Assembly (NCBI GenBank): GCA_964400745.1
Contig: CAYNVY010000004.1
Location: forward strand, 1-61,186
Source: an uncultured Enterobacteriaceae bacterium
GTDB lineage: Bacteria; Pseudomonadota; Gammaproteobacteria; Burkholderiales; SG8-39
DNA: 61,186 bases
Direction: 5' to 3'
The notes under the pieces are model-generated. The model was given only the letters and a program-made list of their open reading frames with translations, made no database searches and was not told the origin of the DNA. Both the position numbers and the translations under genes were made by a program. Shown here piece by piece: positions 56,388 through 61,186 of this stretch. How positions within the stretch are numbered: the stretch's first letter is position 1; each line of letters begins with the position of its first letter.

Positions 56388-57781
56388 TGGTCAAGGCCAC
56401 CATGCCTGCGCGAATGTTTAATCTGGTTGTGCCGCTGGCTCACGAGGCCACCGCCATGCGCACCACGGAGACCGCTGGCAGCCGCCAGAACGCGTCCGGC
56501 GCAGTTTCCCCGCTGATCGGTGCCAACCTTCGGCAGGGCGACGTGGATAGCACGACAGGACGCAGCACGCAGCCAATTCTGACTATGCCTGGTATCAGAA
56601 CTTCAACAACGGCAACCAGAACAACAACAACATCAACAACAAGCTCCGCGCTCGGTCCGTCCGCAGATGAACCCGGCCGCCACCATGCTGATTTTTCTTT
56701 CACCGACCTGGTGCAGGCGTATTTCGACTGCCGCCGCACCAAGCGCAACAGCGCCAGCGCCCTGGCGTTCGAGCAGGATCTGGAGCGCAACCTCTTTCGC
56801 CTATACGAGGAACTGACCGCCGGCGCCTACCGGCCCGGGCGCTCGATCTGCTTCGTTATCACCCGGCCAAAAGCCCGCGAGGTGTGGGCGGCCGACTTCC
56901 GCGACCGCATCGTGCACCACCTGTTCTACAACCAGGTCGCACCGCGCTTCTATGCCGCATTCATCGCCGACAGCTGCGCTTGCATCCCCGGCCGCGGCAC
57001 GCTCTACGCCGCCGAGCGCCTGGAGGCCAAGATCCGCAGCGCCACGCAGAACTGGTCCAGACGCGTGCACTACCTCAAGCTCGACCTGGCCAACTTCTTT
57101 GTCAGCATCGACAAGCGCGTCCTGCAGCTGCTGCTCGCCGTGCGTATCACCGAGCCCTGGTGGTTGCAGCTCGCCGAGACCATCCTCTTCCACGACCCGC
57201 GCCAGGATTTCGAACTGCGCGGATCGCCGGCGCTGCTCGACCTCGTGCCGCCGCACAAGCGCCTGGCCAGCCAGCCGGCGCACCGGGGCCTGCCGATCGG
57301 CAACCTGTCCAGCCAGTTCTTCGCCAACGTCTACCTGGACGTGCTCGACCAGTTCGTCAAACACCGGCTGCGCTGCCGGCATTACGTGCGCTATGTCGAC
57401 GACTTTATCCTGCTGCACGAATCGCCGCCGTGGCTGAACCGCGCCAAGGCGGAGATCGAGCACCTGCTCGCCGATCGCCTGGCGGCGCGCATCAACCCGG
57501 CCAAGACCATTCTCCAGCCCGTCGATCGCGGCGTCGACTTCGTCGGCCAGGTGATCAAGCCCTGGCGCCGCACCGTGCGCCGGCGGACCTATCACGAGGC
57601 GATCAGCCGCACCGCGACCAGCGAGGCCCCGGATCTGTTCATCACCGCCAACAGCTATTTCGGCATGCTGCGCCAGGCCAGCCACAGCCACACCGATCGT
57701 GCGCGGCTGGCGAACGTGCTACGCGGGCGGGGGCATTCGGTCAATAAGCAACTCACCCAAACCTACAGGAGAAGCATGTGA
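56384..57781 (+). CDS. DGR reverse transcriptase (start uncertain; catalytic region begins ~56690)
   Basis: FRDRIVHH, LKLDLANFF, GLPIGNLSSQFFAN, YVRYVDDF, GVDFVG. Confidence 0.93.
   Translation: MMVKATMPARMFNLVVPLAHEATAMRTTETAGSRQNASGAVSPLIGANLRQGDVDSTTGRSTQPILTMPGIRTSTTATRTTTTSTTSSALGPSADEPGRHHADFSFTDLVQAYFDCRRTKRNSASALAFEQDLERNLFRLYEELTAGAYRPGRSICFVITRPKAREVWAADFRDRIVHHLFYNQVAPRFYAAFIADSCACIPGRGTLYAAERLEAKIRSATQNWSRRVHYLKLDLANFFVSIDKRVLQLLLAVRITEPWWLQLAETILFHDPRQDFELRGSPALLDLVPPHKRLASQPAHRGLPIGNLSSQFFANVYLDVLDQFVKHRLRCRHYVRYVDDFILLHESPPWLNRAKAEIEHLLADRLAARINPAKTILQPVDRGVDFVGQVIKPWRRTVRRRTYHEAISRTATSEAPDLFITANSYFGMLRQASHSHTDRARLANVLRGRGHSVNKQLTQTYRRSM
56562..56667 (+). ncRNA. DGR template repeat (TR)
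   Basis: AAC-rich invariant copy of both VRs (35 adenines; 11 AAY codons in the target frame). Confidence 0.95.
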
Positions 57782-58164
57782 GCAATACCCCAAAGATCGT
57801 AGTGTTCTGCGGCTCCTCGCGTTACGTCGACGTCATGGCGGTCTGCGCCTGGTTGATTGAACGCGACGAGAAAGCGATCGCTATGGCGCTGCACTTGCTG
57901 CCCGTCTGGTACAGCCCGAATCTGCCGGATGATCATCTAGCCGAACACGAAGGTGTAGCCGCCGAAATGGACGAGCTACACCTGCGCAAGATCGACCTGG
58001 CGGCGGAGATCTTCGTCGTCAATCGCTGCGACTACATCGGCGATAGCACCAGGCGCGAGATCGCGCACGCGGAAGCGCTTGGCAAACCGATCCGCTGGTA
58101 CACCCATGATCCGGTCGGCATCGAGGTCGAGGCGCGGATCAAGGCATTCCTGAAGGAGGACTAG
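57778..58164 (+). CDS. Nucleoside deoxyribosyltransferase-like small Rossmannoid protein
   Basis: VFCGSSRY...HLRKIDLAAEIFVVN...YIGDSTRREIAHAEALGKPI. Confidence 0.6.
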   Translation: MSNTPKIVVFCGSSRYVDVMAVCAWLIERDEKAIAMALHLLPVWYSPNLPDDHLAEHEGVAAEMDELHLRKIDLAAEIFVVNRCDYIGDSTRREIAHAEALGKPIRWYTHDPVGIEVEARIKAFLKED

Positions 58165-58165
58165 C

Positions 58166-58633
58166 GTGAGCGAGAAGGACATCAATCGCTGGCAGGACAC
58201 GGTGACACCGCGGACGCCAGGCGAGTGGAAGATGGGTTCGGGCGGGAGCTGGGACATGACCGACGTTCAGCCGGTTCCGGATGAAATGCTGGCCGAGCTC
58301 GCACGGCACTACTACTCGGCAGGATGCCCATGGAACTGCCGTTCGATGCCGCTATCCGATGGGGACCGCGAATACATGTTCCTGCTCTATTTCTGCATGC
58401 AGGGCTTGATCGCTCGGATGCGTAAAGCCGAACAGGCGGCGGCAGCATCGCAGCTGGTGACCGTCGATGAAATGTTCCTGCGCGCCGAGTTCGAGCGCAT
58501 GCACCACGGCCGCGATCTGTCTCGGCACTACTTGCGCGGGACGTATTACTCCCCGCACATCGCCGCGCTGTGGAACCAGCACGTCAAGACCGCGACGATG
58601 CTCGCGAACGTTCTTCCGCAGGAGAAAGCATGA
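58166..58633 (+). CDS. Phage hypothetical protein
   Basis: AGGAGG RBS; coupled to the next gene. Confidence 0.55.
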   Translation: MSEKDINRWQDTVTPRTPGEWKMGSGGSWDMTDVQPVPDEMLAELARHYYSAGCPWNCRSMPLSDGDREYMFLLYFCMQGLIARMRKAEQAAAASQLVTVDEMFLRAEFERMHHGRDLSRHYLRGTYYSPHIAALWNQHVKTATMLANVLPQEKA

Positions 58634-59340
58634 GCGCCAGCAGCAAAATCGAATGGACTGAGGCAACTTGGAACCCCGTCACCGGCTGCACCAAGGTCAG
58701 CCAGGGCTGCAAACACTGCTATGCGGAGCGGGACTGGGCGCGGCTATCAGCCCCGCGCGATAAACCGAATGTGTACACCGGTCGAGAGTTCACCGATGTG
58801 CAATGCCACTCCGAGCGCCTCGACTGGCCGCTCCGGAAAAACAAGCCGCTACGGATCTTCGTCAACAGCATGTCGGACCTGTTTCATGAGTCGGTGCCCA
58901 ATCAGTTCATCGCCGACGTATTCGCCGTGATGGCGTGCACGACCAGGCACACATATCAGATATTGACCAAGCGGCCTCGGCGCATGCTTGAATGGTTCCG
59001 CTGGCTCGACGCGGAGAATCACCCGTTTGGGTTTCCGACCGCCGTCGATCCTACGAAGGTCTGGCCGCAATGGACGCCGGTGCGCGACAATCGCGCTGGT
59101 TACGACAATTGCGGACCCCTATGGCCACTCGAAAATGTCTGGCTCGGCGTCAGCGTCGAAGACCAGGCTGCGGCGGATGAGCGCATCCCGCTGCTGCTGC
59201 AGACACCGGCGGCGGTGCGGTGGATCTCCGCGGAGCCGCTGCTCGGACCGATCGATATCACTGCCATCAGACGCACTAGCGCGGACGGGTATATGCGTCC
59301 CCTAGACGGGCGCATTCACGACGAATATCCAGAGCAGTGA
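58630..59340 (+). CDS. Phage Gp37/Gp68 (DUF5131) protein, probably internally deleted
   Basis: IEWTEATWNPVTGCTKVSQGCKHCYA, FVNSMSDLFH, QILTKRP, NVWLGVSVE, SAEPLLG. Confidence 0.85.
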   Translation: MSASSKIEWTEATWNPVTGCTKVSQGCKHCYAERDWARLSAPRDKPNVYTGREFTDVQCHSERLDWPLRKNKPLRIFVNSMSDLFHESVPNQFIADVFAVMACTTRHTYQILTKRPRRMLEWFRWLDAENHPFGFPTAVDPTKVWPQWTPVRDNRAGYDNCGPLWPLENVWLGVSVEDQAAADERIPLLLQTPAAVRWISAEPLLGPIDITAIRRTSADGYMRPLDGRIHDEYPEQ

Positions 59341-59552
59341 AATCACCCGTCATCACGGTGCTGCCCTCGGTCGGCACGCCCGACCTCGAAACTGCGATAG
59401 ACTATTTCGTCCCGCTCGTGCTCTCACGTCTCAAGCCCAATGACAAAAACGCCCCCGACGATCAAGGCAGCCTGCTACCTGCGCAGCAGCAAGGACAGGT
59501 CCGATGTCTCGATCGACGCCCAGCGCCGCGCACTCGGCAAGCTCGCCGCTGA
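59337..59552 (+). CDS. Small ORF overlapping the integrase start (possible RDF)
   Basis: GTGA-coupled to the upstream gene; function inferred from position only. Confidence 0.35.
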   Translation: MKSPVITVLPSVGTPDLETAIDYFVPLVLSRLKPNDKNAPDDQGSLLPAQQQGQVRCLDRRPAPRTRQARR

Positions 59553-61014
59553 GCGCGGCCTGGTCATCGTCCGCGAGTTCGCGGATACGGTGCTATCCGG
59601 CAAGGACGACAACCGCCCCGCCTTCCTGGAGCTGCTGCGCGAGCTGCGCAAACGGAGCCGCCCCTGGTCGGTGATCCTGCTCCTCGACCCCGAGCGTCTG
59701 GCGCGCAATCGATACGTAGCCACCGCCTTCGAACAGGACTGCGAGGCCGCCAACGTGCAGGTGATTTTCGCCAGCCTGCCCGAGTCCAACCCCGTGGTCG
59801 ACATGATCCTGAAGCCGGTCATGCACGGCATCGCGCACTATTTCAGCTGGCAGTCTAAGATGAAGGGGCTCGCGGGGCTCGCCGAAAATGTGCGCCAGGG
59901 ATGGCGCGCTGGCGGAAGGGCTCCGCTGGGGTATCAGTTGGAACATGTAGCCACCGGCGCGGTGCGCGAGGGGCAACCCGTGACTAAATCGCGTTTAATC
60001 CCCTCAGACGACGCGACGGCGGTCGGGGCATACCTCAAGGCCAGGGCGGCCGGGATCTCGCGCGCCGCGGCCCTGGTGAAGCTGCCGCGGCCGATTGCGG
60101 ACACTTCGCTGATCGGGATGGAGTGGAACGCGCTGACCTACGCCGGCCACACCGTCTGGAACGTGCACAACGAATACCACGGCCCGCGCTTGGGCGTCGC
60201 CGGCAGCCGCGGCGGCTACAAGGGCGGCGTCAAGCGCCGGCCGCGCGAGGAGTGGCAGATCCAGCGCAAGACCCATCCCGCGCTGATTACCGACGCCGAG
60301 GCCGAGACCATCATCGCGCGCCTCGAGGCCTCGCCCTACAAGCGCACCAGGCGCACCACGGCCGCCTACCTGCTCACCGGGCTCCTCAAGGCGCCGGACG
60401 GCACGCCCTGGTACGGCGACGCCAACAATAATCGGCGTTTCTACCGCATCGGGCGCAAAGGCGCCGGCGCCGGGCGCTCCGTCGCGATCGACGCCGTCGA
60501 CAAAACCGTCCTGGCCTGCGTCACATCGGATTTGCGCTCGCCCAAGTTCGTCGCTGGCGCCTACGCCAGCACGCTCAAGCACCTGACGCGCGACAGCTCG
60601 GCCGAGATTCAGGAACTCAGGCTCCAGGACGCAGCCCTGACCAAGCGCATCAGCCGCTTCATGGACATGGCCGGCGAGCTATCGAGCCCCGGGCCGGTGG
60701 TGCGGAAGATCGACGAGATCGAGAAGGAACGCGCGGCGATCGCGGCGCGGATAGAGGAATTGATCGAACTGGACCGCCAGGCGGCGGCCATGACCAAAAT
60801 CAGCGAGCACCACGTCGGCAAGCTCCTGGCCGACATGGCGGACGAGATCAAGACCTACGACCGCGAGCAGCTGAAAGACTGGCTGGCGGCCGTCCTGGAC
60901 CGGGTGGAACTCGACCCGCAGCGCATGAGCTGCGAGCTGCACTACCGGATCCCGTTGAGCCAACGGAATAGACTGGCGTCCCCAGGGGGATTCGAACCCC
61001 CGTACTCACCGTGA
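59440..61014 (+). CDS. Large serine recombinase (phage integrase)
   Basis: YLRSS catalytic motif, SIDAQ, SGKDDNRPAF, RLARN, APLGY, HPALIT, YLLTGLL, coiled coil. Confidence 0.93.
   Translation: MTKTPPTIKAACYLRSSKDRSDVSIDAQRRALGKLAAERGLVIVREFADTVLSGKDDNRPAFLELLRELRKRSRPWSVILLLDPERLARNRYVATAFEQDCEAANVQVIFASLPESNPVVDMILKPVMHGIAHYFSWQSKMKGLAGLAENVRQGWRAGGRAPLGYQLEHVATGAVREGQPVTKSRLIPSDDATAVGAYLKARAAGISRAAALVKLPRPIADTSLIGMEWNALTYAGHTVWNVHNEYHGPRLGVAGSRGGYKGGVKRRPREEWQIQRKTHPALITDAEAETIIARLEASPYKRTRRTTAAYLLTGLLKAPDGTPWYGDANNNRRFYRIGRKGAGAGRSVAIDAVDKTVLACVTSDLRSPKFVAGAYASTLKHLTRDSSAEIQELRLQDAALTKRISRFMDMAGELSSPGPVVRKIDEIEKERAAIAARIEELIELDRQAAAMTKISEHHVGKLLADMADEIKTYDREQLKDWLAAVLDRVELDPQRMSCELHYRIPLSQRNRLASPGGFEPPYSP
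60972..60987. repeat. Right att core
   Basis: actggcgtccccaggg; overlaps the tRNA-Glu 3' end and the integrase 3' end. Confidence 0.92.
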
Positions 61015-61049
61015 AAGGGTGATGTCCTAGGCCTCTAGACGATGGGGAC
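60974..61049 (-). tRNA. tRNA-Glu(UUC)
   Basis: GTCCCCATCGTCTAGAGGCCTAGGAC...TTC anticodon...GGTTCGAATCC...GGGGACGCCA; 76 nt. Confidence 0.97.
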
Positions 61050-61086
61050 TAAAGGGCTTGGTAAAAACCAGATGGTGCTGGTCGTT

Positions 61087-61162
<76 letters not shown>

Positions 61163-61186
61163 ACGAAAGGCGCGAATTATACCGTT

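Larger units (their letters stand above)
55115..57781 (+). mobile_element. Diversity-generating retroelement with two targets
   Basis: Order target1(VR1)-target2(VR2)-avd-TR-RT with adenine-specific mismatches. Confidence 0.95.
17742..60987. mobile_element. Apparently complete lambdoid siphovirus prophage integrated in tRNA-Glu
   Basis: Bounded by a 16-bp direct repeat; contains lysis, tail, head, packaging, replication, immunity, early genes and a serine integrase. Confidence 0.95.

Noticed and set aside
56599-56642. AAC microsatellite
   Set aside because: It is the adenine-rich core of the DGR template repeat.
56159-57781. RT as a group II intron, retron or Abi RT; 540-aa ORF-track start at 56159
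   Set aside because: The TR/VR pairs, avd and the PIGNLSSQ motif identify a DGR RT, and no maturase or endonuclease domain is evident. The 56159 start lies deep inside avd.

Overview
High-GC bacterial DNA, probably from a betaproteobacterium (inferred from the Bug/TctC proteins and gene content). Positions 1-15.7 kb are host catabolic and housekeeping genes, including two pseudogenes. A lower-GC Fic gene follows. Next is an apparently complete ~43.2 kb lambdoid siphovirus prophage (17742-60987), integrated by a large serine recombinase into the 3' end of tRNA-Glu(UUC) with a 16-bp core duplication; tRNA-Ala(GGC) lies next to it. The main feature is a complete diversity-generating retroelement (two targets, avd, TR, RT) in the early operon rather than the tail module. 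One 106-bp template repeat matches two variable repeats, with 9 and 15 differences, all at TR adenines. The targets are two small stand-alone DUF1566/CLec-like proteins. Other notable points: attP lies inside the integrase gene, so integration swaps its C-terminus; a methyltransferase/glycosyltransferase cassette sits inside the DNA-packaging operon; there is a ParB-SWIB fusion, a phage beta-clamp, a readable five-operator immunity switch, a candidate replication origin and a candidate structured RNA next to the Dam gene. All family calls come from motif recognition by eye; no database searches were run.
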